A stretch of DNA of 64,000 bases from NCBI GenBank assembly GCA_963693365.1, contig CAVNZM010000016.1, positions 1,929,538 to 1,993,537 on the forward strand, written 5' to 3'. The notes under the pieces are model-generated. The model made no database searches and was not told the DNA's origin. It saw nothing but the letters and a program-made list of their open reading frames with translations. Positions 1 through 27,119 of the stretch are shown piece by piece. A program made the position numbers and the translations under genes. Within the stretch, counting starts at the first letter, position 1. Each line of letters starts with the position of its first letter. This stretch comes from Amoebidium appalachense. Taxonomy: Eukaryota; Protista; Ichthyosporea.

Positions 1-224
1 AACTACAAGCTAGGGTGCTAATTATTTTGGTGCGATCGGCTACTTATAAGCGAAAACACCTGAATTACCAATCCTAACTACTTGTACACACTTGGCCCAG
101 GGACCGTCTATGTCCCTCTACGTTGATACATTGTATGCCCCTGTCAGCATATGTACACGCTTGCACGCATGAGCACACACACGCCAGCCGCTGATGCATA
201 AACTTTTTTCTTTTCTTTTCTCAC

Positions 225-256
<32 letters not shown>

Positions 257-518
257 TTGGGGGGGGGGGGGGGGGGGGGGGGTTCAAGGCCACAGCCGAC
301 AGACAGGACCAGGACCTGAGTATACACAAAATGGAAAAACTGTGTTAAAACTTAGCGTTCATGGAGTGTTCAATTTTTGCTGGCATGCATGTACACCGGA
401 TTTTCATCCGATTTATTGAAGCTGAATTTTTTGAGCAAGCGGACTAGTTCAGGAACGGTGCACATAATTTGAACTTGAAAGGCTACAGGCACTTGCCCCC
501 CCCCCCCCCCCCCCCCCT

Positions 519-549
<31 letters not shown>

Positions 550-602
550 AAAAAAAGGCCCTCCCTCACCCACCCACCTACCCACCCAGGAAAAAATAAA
601 TC

Positions 603-648
<46 letters not shown>

Positions 649-1094
649 CACACACGCACACACACACACACACACACAGGGGGAGAAGCTCGCAAGCTCG
701 AGAGAGAGAGCGCCTCAGAGTGTGTGTGATTGTGTGTGTCTGTGTGTGTCTGTGTGTGTCTAGTGTGTGTGTGTGTGTCTGTAATTGTGTGTGCATAGAC
801 AGACACGGCGTGCACACACACACGTTCGCAATTATAATGTCGCCAGACAAAGTATTCCATAAAGCAACGTGGTGTATTTTAACCGGGAATTGATGTGCTG
901 ATTATTAATATCACGTATGTGAACTGTGCACGTGACGAGGTGCCTGCCCCAAGGCAAACAGTAGTTCCACCCAACTAAGGTACAGATGTGGATTCAATGA
1001 TGCCGACATTAATAGACATGGACCCAACTACTGGCATTTGCAGATGTATCCTGCATGCAAAAAGCAGTTTTATTAAGAAAACTTTCTACTGGAA

Positions 1095-1387
1095 GCAGAA
1101 TTATTCTGCTATAAGCAGAAGTATTCTGCAAAGGCAGAATTGTTGTGCTTGGAGCAAGAGTTTATTCTGCTGCCGTGAACTGAATGAAATCTGCTTTTAG
1201 CCGAATTTCAAAAAGTAAAGCTGCTTTTCAAAATCAGGGCAGAACAATTTTGCTTCAGCGGAATATATTCGCTCAAAGCAGAATAATTCCGTCAACGCTA
1301 TCTATTAGTAAAGGCAGAAAAATCTAATAGGACAGACTGATTCTGCTTTTTGCAAGATAATATTACCTCAGGGCAAGTTGATTCTGC
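1095..1387. repeat. Degenerate array of palindromic GCAGAA-N3-TTCTGC units
   Basis: Perfect units at 1095-1109 and 1115-1129, with further degenerate units at ~20-nt spacing out to ~1387. Confidence 0.7.
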
Positions 1388-2508
1388 TGGTGTGGTCGGG
1401 GCCTTTACATCATACATGGAGATCTACCCCCCCCTCCCCCGCGCGACAGTGACATCAATAGTGAGCGAAGTACATCCCGCGCCTGTAGCAACACTCTGCC
1501 TCCCACTATATTTGTTCGTGTCAAATTTGTCACAGGACAACTGGACATGATTCTCGGGACAGGGCATACACACACACCGTCACTAGTTTTGTTGACAATC
1601 ATATATACATACATATAAATCATTTATATTACTCGATAACTTATCATAAAGCACTGAGCCTCCTGCTCAAGTTATATAAACCGTTTATGTACTATGGTTT
1701 AAAGAGTACATGTCCAATATGTATACCTTTAACCAAGCCATATAAACGTTATTATGTATTTAAGGTGACACGTGCTGTTATATCCCATCCACACACAATG
1801 ACCTTAGTGATATCCATAAAAGTTTTACATATTTATTTATTTTTAGTTCAGTTATACCAGCGACTTTATAAAATTACTCAATTAATACTGCTACGATATG
1901 AAGAAACGTGTCTAAAATTTTTTCACGAGAACCTCTGTAATGCTATTATTGCTGGTATTCAGTTGCACGTGCCTTTTCTTGGTATATTAACTCTGCTTAT
2001 GCAACCAATTAATTAACCCAATAGTGTCTTAAAAATTGGTCAGTATATCTCCAATATATCTCAAGCCCCCCTCACACTGATGATCAAGCAAAACCCGCCC
2101 TTCCAGAAATCATTTCTGCATCAGAACGAGTAAGCATAAGTTTAGAAAGATATCAAACCATATCCTTCTCGACCATAACATGGGAATGGAATGGGCATAA
2201 TAAACATAATGTCATCGCCTGCCATACATGTACATCCAAACATCTATATATCGTATCATTAGTAAATGATACATATAAGCATATAATAGTATATCAAGTT
2301 ATACATAAATTACACACGACACATTGCCCGTTTTCCTGTCCTCCTGAGACCATTGTTCACATCGTCAATTGAACCCCCCCCCCCCCCCCCCCCCCCCCCG
2401 CCCGCCTCCCCTCCCCCCCCCCCCCCCTGCGCCGCCCAAAATTTCGGTTTTTCTAGTGCCTGAAAATTCAATCTCGTGCCTTTTAGGGGGTATCTTTGTG
2501 CAACTTTA

Positions 2509-15885
<13,377 letters not shown>

Positions 15886-17058
15886 GTTGAAAGGCGTTTC
15901 CTGTTTTCCGTTGTTCTTTTTTTCTTTTTTTCTTTTCTTTTTTTTTCCTTTTTCCTTTTTCTTTTTTGTTTACTCTGCTCTTTGTATTCCGCCAGTTGTG
16001 GGCTGATGGATTCTGTAGTTGTGGGCCTCTGCGACTGTGTGATCTGTATGTTTCCCCTCCAAAGTTGGGGTGTGGGTGAAGGTGGGAGGTGGTTGTGTTT
16101 TGGGTTCTCCTTGTAAAGGTGGTGGGTAGAGCTGATATTATTCACCTCTTACGGTCCCCCGGAAGTACTTGTATCCCTGTAAAGGGAAAAGGAGGGGGTA
16201 TTGTAAGCACCCGGCAAAAAGAGAAAGGAGATGAGAGGGGAAATAGATAAAAGGAAGAAAAAGAATGGATGTGGGGTGAGGGGACGGGATTGTAGTGGGC
16301 AGGAGAGGGGACGGAAGGAGGGTTGGTGTGAGGGGGGAGGGGGAGATGGAGGGGGGAGATGGGGGGGGAGGGGGGAGATGGGAGGGGGAGGGGAGGGGGT
16401 TAAGTTGTCATATCACGAATCAACGTTAGAACATTGAAGGGTGCAAGAAATCGCAAAAATAACTAAATAAATAAATAAGTTAAAAATAAAATAATAAAAA
16501 ATAAAAAACAAAAAGAAAAGGAAAAAAGAAAAAAAGAAAAAAGAAAAGAAGAGATGTAAAGGCGGGTTTATGGATGCTCCAGAAGGAATTGATAGGGGAA
16601 GAGTACTTTCGATCGTGTCCATATGCTTGTGCATAATATGTGTGACTGTGTCACGTTGTCATGTCGAGCGAGTGCATGTGTCCTCAATTCAAGTGTTCCT
16701 GTGGATGTGTGACATAACGCTTGTGTGTTGTACTAGCATGTGTGCAGCGTAGGAATAATAGATGTGCGCTGTTTGGCCGGTGTTGGTGTGTTGTGTGTGT
16801 GTGGGGGGTGTTCACATCAGTGTAAATGAATGTGGTGTGTGTGATGAGTGTGTGTGTGTGCGCACGCAAGTCTGTGTTTGTGTGTGTGTGTGTGTGTGCA
16901 TGCGCACGCATGCGTGTGTGCGTGTGTGTGCATGTGTATGTGTGCGCGCACACGTGTGTGTTTGTGTATGCATATTCATGTAAGAAATTGGGCCTTCCCA
17001 TCTATGCCTGTTGTTATCCGCATGAAAGAGAGTGTGTGCACATGTGCATGTGCATGTG

Positions 17059-17245
<187 letters not shown>

Positions 17246-17258
17246 ATGTGGTGTGCGT

Positions 17259-17314
<56 letters not shown>

Positions 17315-18322
17315 CGTGTGTATGTGTTTGTGTGTGTGTGTGTGTGTTTGTGTCTCTGTGTGCCTGTATGTACGCACACGGTATACGTATGTGTAGTTTT
17401 TGACTAATGAGCGTGTGATGTGTGTGTGGCTGTTTCTGCAACCGTGTGAATGCATGAGGCATCAAGTAGAAGACCAAATGGCAATCCAGCAAACGAAAAA
17501 CCACCATAAAATAACTGTGTGCCTTCAAGAAAAAGTTCCTCACAAAAAAACAATCAGTTTTTTTATTCGTCATATCATTGTCCTTGTCTGTGTTTGTTGC
17601 TGGTGCTACGTGCAAGGAAACTCTACAAGAAGTTAGCGAATAATCCCCGCTTCAGATCAAACCCTGGCCTAAAAACACCACCCAAGGAGAAGTTTTGGCA
17701 ACCTGCTGTCACAACTGATGCACTAGACACTTTTTCTGTTCAAAGAAGCATCGAAAGTTATGAAGAAAAGTGCATCAAGTAATTGTTTGACTTCGTTCAA
17801 TATTGCCCTGATTCAATAGTCAATGTGCATGCACGTTGTCTTCCCCCGTGCTTTGCCTGCTGATAAAAGTGTCCCACACTTGTGTCTATGTGAGTTGCAT
17901 GTGGTGTTGCCTATGTATTGCTCACTCGTATATTTATGACTACATTAGAAGTTTATAGATGCCGATATTCACTCCTTGCACTCACCACACCAACACACGT
18001 CTTGCCCCAACCAAACATATGTGCACCTCTTCGAGCTCTGGCCCGGCAAAAGGCATGGCTTGTAGCAACAGTGAATACAAAATTTGCGTTTCAAAGAATC
18101 AGGTTTGAGCTGGAAAATCGCACACACTTACCTCTAAAAATATAATACGGAAGAAAGTATGAAGGAAGAAAACGACTTGGCCTCTTTCTCTCTCTCTGTG
18201 TGTGATCTGGGATATCTGAGTGTGCCGATATGATGGTGAGCCTCGCCCACTCACAGGAACAGGCATTGAAATTGTTCAGCGCCAGTGCAACAGAAATATA
18301 CCTCTCACAGAATTGAATGTTT

Positions 18323-18908
18323 TTAACCTCTTGAGGACAGTCCTATTTGATTTGGACGGGTCCCGACAAAGGCATAAACAACTCTATTGCGGCTCAAAAT
18401 CAATACAAAAGCCTAAAATAAATTTTATATGTCGACAGGTATATGTCTTACCTACATACGTTACTAGGATGGTTTGGGGAAAATATCATTATTTCGTATA
18501 CGTTTACATCTGTTTCTGAAGTGACTTTCGAGGTTTTGAGAAGATCTTGGAGTTGCCATCGAATGTCGACTGAGCCGGCCAATCATGTTTTGCCATTTGG
18601 AGCCATTTTCAGAATGGTCCAATCATAAGAGGGCATTGACAGCATTGTGATTTCGATGTCGTCATTGACTTGTCAAGCCGGCAAGCACCCTCAGTAGATA
18701 CACCATTTTCAAGGTATCGTTATTAGAATAAAGTTCTTTTTTTTTTTTTGGCATAAGACGAAGCATAAGTGTATATTCTAATCTTGTGCAACTTTGATTT
18801 GGCTGGTTCCTATCAACTTCATCTTCACATTAGAGCACAAACTGACTCGTGTCGATGTCAGTTGATGTCGTGTCGATCTCGTAGCAATTACGGGGTTGAA
18901 CAGGTTAA
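18323..18908. mobile_element. Non-autonomous piggyBac-like element (TTAA-flanked MITE), copy 1
   Basis: TTAA-CCT...GAACAGG-TTAA ends. Internal homology to 23080-23597 (CAAAATCAATA, GGTATATGTCTTAC, AAAATATCATTATTTC). Confidence 0.65.
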
Positions 18909-19292
18909 GTGAATAAACATAGCTGTCAGGCTTTAGCTAGCCTCACTGTTGGTATATCTGTTATCTATTTGACGAGTCACTTGGCAAGCTGGGCTTCTTC
19001 GCCATTCTTCCACACATTTTCTTCCAAGTCTTGTGTCGATCTTTCAAACCCTGATGTTGCTACGTGCTGGCTGGTTTATCATAAGTCTATTTGTGCGTTT
19101 GATTGGCGAGATCTATTCTTAAGCTCCCCCGAACTACCGCATGCATGATTCCTATCCTATGACTCAGTCATTCCTTTATGATTGGTGAATCTCAAAGCCG
19201 CTATCACACACAACAGAGAGACATTTTCAAATATCTCTTGCTCTCCTTCAACTCTGGGCTCATGGTGAACAGCACCGTGTGAAGGGGGCTCT

Positions 19293-19327
<35 letters not shown>

Positions 19328-19337
19328 CTGGAATTAA

Positions 19338-19715
19338 TATTGCTAGAACGGAGTGAAGCGATCTGAAATTAAGTTTATTAATGGCGTGCACAATGGCCAC
19401 TACTTATAAAGTACTTACTAATATCTGCTCATACAGTATACCACACTGCAGCTGAGCAGAAAGCACATCAGAGACACGCGCACGCGTCATGTGCATATAG
19501 ATAGGCGCTCACACGTGTATACATGTTATTGCTAGAACGGAGTGAAGCGATCTGAAATTAAGTTTATTAATGGCGTGCACAATGGCCACTACTTATAAAG
19601 TACTTACTAATATCTGCTCATACAGTATACCACACTGCAGCTGAGCAGAAAGCACATCAGAGACACGCGCACGCGTCATGTGCATATAGATAGGCGCTCA
19701 CACGTGTATACATGT
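19338..19715. repeat. Perfect 189-bp tandem duplication
   Basis: 19338-19526 is repeated at 19527-19715 with no differences seen. Confidence 0.9.
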
Positions 19716-20550
19716 GCACATATGCAAGCTGCGCTGAAGTGGCGCTGCACACCTCCAGAACTTGGCACAACTTGCACACACACACAATAGATAGATTGTC
19801 TCTAGCTTCTTCCTCTTCCAGTCTTTGGGGGGCAAACACACACGTGTGCACACCCACACACATGTCACAGACACATGTATGTACAAAAAAGAATGAGAGT
19901 GGATAATAACATTGCCACCCTGAAGACAGAAACGGCACGTGATTGCAAGTAAGTGCCGGATTAAGTTGTGACAGTATTTGAAGAAGCATGCATTTCCATA
20001 TCATATGAAATGCTCTGCCAATTTCCATGGCATGGGAAGCATTTATGGTAAACAGTCCCTGCATTTCATTGGTCCATTGATATACACCCAAACAGGCGAT
20101 AGGTAGCACAGCCACGCCAAATTTGCAAGCAACTAAGTTTCATACACACCCATACCCACACACACTCGCTATTCTATTGTAGTTTCTGAACAAAGTTACC
20201 GTAACACATTGCCTTTTCTCGGTAAAACTACGGTAATAACTCCACACCCAAAATACACTCGTACAAGCCAAAAAAAGGTTGAAACGATTCACAAAGGGGG
20301 CCGATAATGGTTATTTTCAATCAGTGGAATCTTGCACCTGCCCAGCATTTACAATATATCCCACCGATATTATCTCACCCTCCAACATCCTCCTCGCGAC
20401 TACCAATCGGCATAGTGTCCCCCCCCAATATATATCATATTCTCTACTCATCGTTCCTAAAATGTATATCTACTCGTATATCAACCACATATCCCGTACA
20501 AAGTATTTAAGCTACACATTCACCACCCACATATCCCGTCGGCAATATAT

Positions 20551-20756
20551 CTACTCCTCATCATCCTCATCCCCCAGAGCCTTTGCAAGTTCTGCGCCTG
20601 CGGCAGGCCCCACGCTGGCAATCCTCTGGGCCCTCTTCTGCATCTCCTTGCTTGCCTCCGCCTCCCACTGCCTGTTTTCTTCTTCGTCTCCGTAGCTGCG
20701 GCTGCCCATGAGCTCGTCCAACCGCGCCTGTGTACGTGTGTGTGTACATGTGCATG

Positions 20757-20795
<39 letters not shown>

Positions 20796-21282
20796 CTGTG
20801 TGTATGTGTGGAGGGAGGAACCGCGGAAAAGGAGAAGGAAAAAACGTCTGCATTAGCACATAAAAGCAACGATATCAAGAGGACCAGCAAACAGGAGCAA
20901 ATGAAATAGCAACACAATTTGGCACCAATAAGAAAAATAATATGCACCTAATCAACAGGGCCGTTGGACACCATAACTGACTCCGCCCCTGCCTCCCCCC
21001 CCCCCCCCTCAGTCCCCTTCCCCCGCACGTGTATCCTCTTGAAAATGGGATAAGATAAGAAGGCAATCCCACACACGAATCAAAGTCTGTGCACATGTCT
21101 GTGTTGGCACCCCCCCCCCCCCCCCCCCCCCATATTCGGGGGGCGGTGGTGGTGGTTGTGTGCCTGCGGGAGTGTGCTAGTTCAAAAGCGTGAGCTACAA
21201 GAAGTGTGTTTCTCTGTGTGTGAGTGTAGTTGGGGGGGGGGGGGGGGGGGGGAGAGAGAGAGAGAAAGAGAGAAAGCGAGAG

Positions 21283-21316
<34 letters not shown>

Positions 21317-22694
21317 AAGGGGGAGGGGGGAGTTTTTTATTTTTTTTTTATTTTATACCTGGATGGCAGCGAAACCCGACTCCTGCTGTGCTGGCTGTGC
21401 TGTGGTGTGCACGGCACTGCCCCCGGTCCAGGTGGTGCCAAAGCCACCAGTGCCCACTGCCTTCACGCTGAACATGGAGGGGGTCTGCAGCACACACACA
21501 GTGAGAATGTGGGTTTGTGGGATTGTGTGTAAGAACGGTGTGATCGAAGAAGGCGAATGTCTGAAGGAAGGGGGAAGGAGGGGAGGGGGATGTATGCGTT
21601 AGAGGGTTAGAAATATGGAGGAGACAACAAAGAGCAACAACAAAACGTCACAAAAATAAGAAACCCAAAACCAAGCAATTAAACGTGCTGGCAGAAGACA
21701 CTTGAACAGAGCCCATCATCAGGGGGGGGGGGGGGGGGGGGGGGGGTCTTGCAACAGTGATGCACGGTCCTGGGGGGTGTGACGTGTGTGTCTGCCTTTA
21801 TGTGGTGGTATTGGTGGTGGTGGCTGTGTGTGTCTGTGCGTGTGTGGGGCTCGAAGGGGGGGAGGGGGCATTCTTGAATTGATTGGGGGGAGATATCACG
21901 TACGTATTTAGGCATGTGTCTATCCAGCACCGAGAACCACGTGCGAATATGCTCCAGCGCGTGGGGCACCTGGTCAGCACCCACAATATCCCCCTTGTTG
22001 TCGCGCGCCCAATGCCAAGGTTTACCCGCTCCGATGAAATGAACCACGCGCGTGAGGTGACCGTACTTCTTGTATGCGGGGGCGTAGAAATATGTTGCGT
22101 TTGCGTTGAGGTTATAAACGAAGGGGAGGTGCTTTTTGATGTCGGCTGTGGCCCAGTCGTGGAAGTAGGCGTTGAGAAGACCTTGGTCTCCACCTGTTAC
22201 GTGTGTGTGTGTGTACGTGTACGTGTACGTGTACGTGTGTGTGTTGGGGGGGGGGGGGGGGGGGGGGGGGTGTTGGGTAGAGGGGGTGGATGGGGGGGTT
22301 AGAATGTGTTGTAGATCACAAGGTACACATTCGTAGCGGACAACACAATGCAGACTAAAGGGGGGGGGGGGGGGAGTGAATAAGGGGGTGAATGTTTTTG
22401 TGTTTGTGGGTGAGTGTGTCTGTGGGTAGCCAGGTGGAGGAGACGGAGGTGGTGGAGAAAATAAGAGGAGGAGAGCGTGTGTATGTGTGTGTGTGTGTGT
22501 GTGTGTAGAAGGGGCGAGGGGAGGGGCTAGCTACAAGCTCGCGTGTGTGCATCGAAAAGTGTGGAGGGAACGGAGAGAAGAATGATGGCGAGGAATGGGT
22601 GGGCCGTGGATGCGAGTCCGTTTGGTGCACTTGGATGGAGAATAAAGGGTGCCTGAGAGGAAGTGCGTGTGTGCGTGTGTGCGTGTGTGTGTGT

Positions 22695-22732
<38 letters not shown>

Positions 22733-24022
22733 GCTCAGCCACCCAAGGCTGTAAATTCCATTACAGGAAACGTCAGGGGGCTCAAGGACCCCGACAAGCA
22801 TGCACTGCGGGATCTGCCACAATAGCATATCACAAGAGAATGCAACATGAGCAGAGGGAGGGGGAGGAGGGAGTGTGCGGGACGGAATGTAGACCTCCGG
22901 CCCGATCACTGTGTGACCGGGAGCGCTATGCCACATACTTGAGTCGGAAAAAAAAACGGGGAAAGCAGGTTAGGGGTTGAGGATTGAGGGGGAGAGGAAG
23001 AAGGGACTCAATTATGCATGTGTGAATAAGAAAGGTTCGGTGGCCGTGGGCACGTGGTGGCGGTGTGTGTCTATGTGGGTTAACCTGTCAAACCTGTTAA
23101 ACAAGTCCAGCGCAGGTCAAAATCAATAGAAAAAGCCCAAATAAATTGTGTACGCAGAAAGGTATATGTCTTACTTACATATTTTTCTAAGTGGGGTTTG
23201 CAAAAATATCATTATTTCATATCCTATGTGTTTCTGTAGCGACTTCAGACATTTTGGGAACGTTTTTCAAGATGAAATCGATGTGACTGAGCCATGCTCT
23301 AGCCATTGAATTAAATTTGCCTTTTCATCCAATCGGACATCTGCATTGGTGGGGTTCGAAAATCAAGCTGCCAAACAGCTCTTTGACAGCCCAGTGAAAG
23401 TTACGCCATATACAAGGTACCAAATACTGAAGTAAAGTTATTATTATGTCTTTGCAAAACGCAAAGAAAAGATGTTTATCTTTCCTGCAACTTTATCTTG
23501 CTGGTTCTTATCAATTTCACGCTCACATTAGGCCTCAAACGCCGTGGTCTCCAAAAGCCATGTCGATCTGGTGAAGTTGCCGATATGAACAGGTTAAAGT
23601 GCGGTACTTCCGAGGGAGAAGGGGGGGGGGGGGGGGGAAGGTTTGTGCGTGTGTGCGTGTGTGGGGGGGGGGGGGTAATACGAACCATCGAAGCTGCCCT
23701 CCGTCTCCGCGAACTTGCACAGTTTCTGGAATGTGTCAAGAGAGGGCACGTACACGAACACACCCGAGTTGAAGCAGTCAGGCCATCCAACATCGGGGGC
23801 AGCGGAAAGCTCGTCCCGTTCAAACATATCATCTACGTTCTGAAGAACGAGGGTGTCTGCGTCCATGAACACACACTTTGTGTACTTGGTGAGCTTCCAG
23901 CAAAACAGCTTAGTGAAGGTGATGCCAAGCTCCGGGCGGCAGAGGAGGGCGAGGTTGACAGAATCGTTGCTGTTTAGCTCGTCGACGGAAATCACCTCGT
24001 CGAAGACGGTGGAAAGGTGGCT

Positions 24023-24058
<36 letters not shown>

Positions 24059-24396
24059 AAGGTAAGTGTTCAAATGGAAGTACGTACGGAAAAGGCGAAG
24101 GGAGAGAAAGGGAGCGACGAGGAGGGGTTGGGGGTTTGGGAGGGGGAGAGGTGGGTGTGTTAGAAAGCTTCACGGAGTATAAAAGTTACGGACTCTAGGC
24201 ATGGTGTGTGTGTGTGTGTAAAAGGGGTAGGGGGTCAGTCATGACTGTGTGTGACAATTGAGATGGGTGTGGATGTGTGCCCGAGCACAAACAACACCTT
24301 TAGCGGTACTGGAATATGTGTACGATAATTTCCGTGCACATACACATTTGTTGTACACAAGTGCAGAGGTTGGTGGTGGTGGTGGTGGTGGTGGCG

Positions 24397-24441
<45 letters not shown>

Positions 24442-24912
24442 GGGGGGGGGGATCAGACTGTTGCTTCGAGGGGGTAAAAGGGATAAAGGGACAGAGACAG
24501 AGAGAGAGCACAGAGATGTGGAAGGTGACCAAGACTGAGGGTAAGGGAGAGGAGATCAGACAGTGGATATTGCTGCTAGAATACGAGCGCCCAAAGAAAC
24601 GGTACCCAAGGGGGCCCGAGGGGGAGGGGGGGGGGGGGGGGAAGTGTACAGAGCAACATATGCTCCTTGTCAGCCAGATGTGATGCCAGGGCAAGCACGC
24701 GAGCATTTAAACAGGGAGGACGGGGGATCCGGAGGGGGGGGAAGGGGGGAGTGATGAGGGTGCAAAATCGGGAAGGAAAACATGGCACAACGATACGATA
24801 GTATATGATAACATATGTAAACGTTCCGTACACACCATGCATTGCAGAAACAGGCAAGCTCACACTTGTTTAGGTCGCAGTTGTGGTATAAGAGGAGGGG
24901 GAGGGGGGAGGG

Positions 24913-24974
<62 letters not shown>

Positions 24975-25747
24975 AAGGGGGTGCGTGGGGGGGAAGGGAG
25001 GGGAAGGGGGGGGGGGGGGGGGGGGGGGCTAACCTAACATCTGCCGAGATCTTGTCCGTGCACATGCACACAAGCTGGCGTGTCGTCTTTGCCTCACAGA
25101 GCGACTGGGCGAGCACATAGGCACCGAGGGCATACTCCTCCGTGGCCGCGAGGGTCACGTAGGCTTGGTCTGTCACTACAGTGATGTGAAGGAGAACGTG
25201 TGAGTTTGTGGGTCGCGCGCGTGTGTGTGTGTGTGTGTGTGTGTGTGTTGAGGTAGTGGTGTGGTTGTGTGTGTGTTGTGTGTCTGTGGGGGAGGGGATG
25301 TGGGGGATGGGGGTGGGGTGGAGGAGGGGAGGGGAGGGGACGGGGAGAGCCTAGGGGGGATAAGTGGGGAAAGGGGAGAAGGGAGGACGGGTTGCAGGTC
25401 AGAGGATGAATCAGAAGATGTGGTGTTGCAACCTGTAAAATTGGAGGGAGGAGGAGGAGGAGGAGGGAGGGGGGGGGGGGGGGGGGGGGGGGACGCTGGC
25501 CCGAGATAGCTGAGTGAAAAGGGAAGGGCCGAGAGGGAGCAAACTCAGAGCAGTATCTATAATTGACCTACAAATACACACTCCAGAATTGTTAAGAAAA
25601 AAATGTTAGGACTTTTCCATCCTGATCTCTCAAAAGGCAAGGTTCACACCTCTTTTGCAAAGACTTACAAACACACACAGCTGAAAGCAAGGCTATTCTT
25701 TGGCAAACATCAGAAACGTTGGCAAGTCGGCACTTACCATTAGCCAT
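20551..25747 (-). CDS. GYG1: Glycogenin (GT8 self-glucosylating glycogen primer), ~360 aa, 6 exons
   Basis: Exons 25747-25738, 25175(or 25169)-25034, 24023-23686, 22193-21904, 21484-21359 and 20727-20551 total 1083 nt in frame. Motifs: [30 protein letters not shown] (DxD), [48 protein letters not shown] (acceptor-Tyr region), [11 protein letters not shown]. Confidence 0.95.
21590..21722 (-). mobile_element. Poly(C)-associated element, family 3 copy
   Basis: ATATGGAGGAGACAACAAAGAGCAACAACAAAA..GGCAGAAGACACTTGAACAGAGCCCATCATCAGG, then a G-run. Matches ~36222-36350, and partially ~3902-4058 and ~41993-42084. Inverted diverged copies lie in UVRAG introns (~59390-59482, ~59720-59810). Confidence 0.7.
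23080..23597. mobile_element. Non-autonomous piggyBac-like element, copy 2 (glycogenin intron)
   Basis: TTAA-CCTGT...ACAGG-TTAA ends on an AT-rich island in a GC/microsatellite intron. Homologous to 18323-18908. Confidence 0.7.
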
Positions 25748-27012
25748 GTTTTTGTGTGAAGTGGTTGCAGCCTAACGAAAGTAAGGTTGCAAAGATTTTT
25801 TTGTGTTGTGAAATCCGGGCAACGCCTTTTGCGCGTTTTGATGTTTGTGTTATCTGAAACCAACCAATCATTGATTTTGTGTTTTGGAGGTGGGTAAAAT
25901 ATATATATCATAAACAGCTTCACCAGCTGTACGACCGCTACAGGAGTCAAATAAAGTCGAGACAATGCTACTAAACAGAACGGTTATATTAGCTACTAAA
26001 AATAAAAACCATTAGCTTAAAAAAAAAACCCATGCATCGGCTTTTTATCTAACACAACCCTAGGCCGATAGCCATGCTCATGAGTGAAACGGAAGCTCTG
26101 GAAACGGTGTGGAAACTCTGAGCGATCAGCTCTTGCCCTTCTCTGAAGTGACGTCTTATCCAATCATAACAGGGTATATGCGGTCTTATTGGCTGGTGAG
26201 CTATTCCAGCCACAAAAACCCAAATATGGCAATATTGTTTCAACATATCCTGCCAAAGAATTCCTGAACCAGAATCGAGCGAAAAAAGCGCACACTTGTT
26301 AGCCTTGCCGAGGGAATAAACGGAAATTCTTTGGACTTCTCAATACAACTTTTATTTTTCAAGCTAAAACCTGTATACAAAATCTTCAAGTTCCCCCTTC
26401 AAAGTCTGACGTTCTTTCGAGTTCCTGATCCATGTGGCCTGAGCCTCGGAAGGTGGGCGGTGCGGATTGGCTATTGTGGCATCATCAGAGAGAAGTCCCC
26501 CAAGACACACGCCGGTGCGTGAGCTGCAAGTCAACAACCAGCCAGCCACTTTAAGAAATCATTGAAGTAAAAACAACATTTCGAGTATAAGACTCAAAAC
26601 TTTAAAACAATTGTTTATTACAACTATAAACAATATATTTAGCATCAAGCTTGGTGTTTCATCAATATTTTTAAGAGAACTTTTTTTTTGCTTCGGCACG
26701 CAAGTTGCCAACTTGATATTGCTACATTTATGATCGTCCTTGAAATTTTACAAACCGCGCAAGTAGTAGTTTTGGGGGATGAGTGAAAAGGTGAAAAATT
26801 CACGCGGCAAAGTCATGGGGGTTTACGCTGTTTACTCGAGGCAAAGAGAACCAGTCTCAGGTATGGGGGGGGGGGTTTTGCTCGGAATATCCCCTCAGCG
26901 GTATATCATGATCACGTACATAGATGTCGGGTGGTGACTATATATCAGGGTTTACTTTCTCTACGAGACACCATAAAGACTACAAGGAGAAATCAATTAG
27001 TTGGGGTTCCCC

Positions 27013-27050
<38 letters not shown>

Positions 27051-27082
27051 GGGCTCCCCTCGGGACACTCGGTATCAGCTGG

Positions 27083-27119
<37 letters not shown>

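Noticed and set aside
278-2380. GGGGGTTCAA...TTGAACCCCC as terminal inverted repeats of a 2.1-kb element
   Set aside because: The match beyond the homopolymer is only 5 nt and no TSD can be identified.
17519-17782. Coding-looking segment (RKLYKKLANNPRF...)
   Set aside because: No recognisable domain, and I could not link it to other exons.
26073-26940. Possible small plus-strand gene diverging from glycogenin
   Set aside because: Plausible splice sites give only a ~65-aa product with no recognisable motif.
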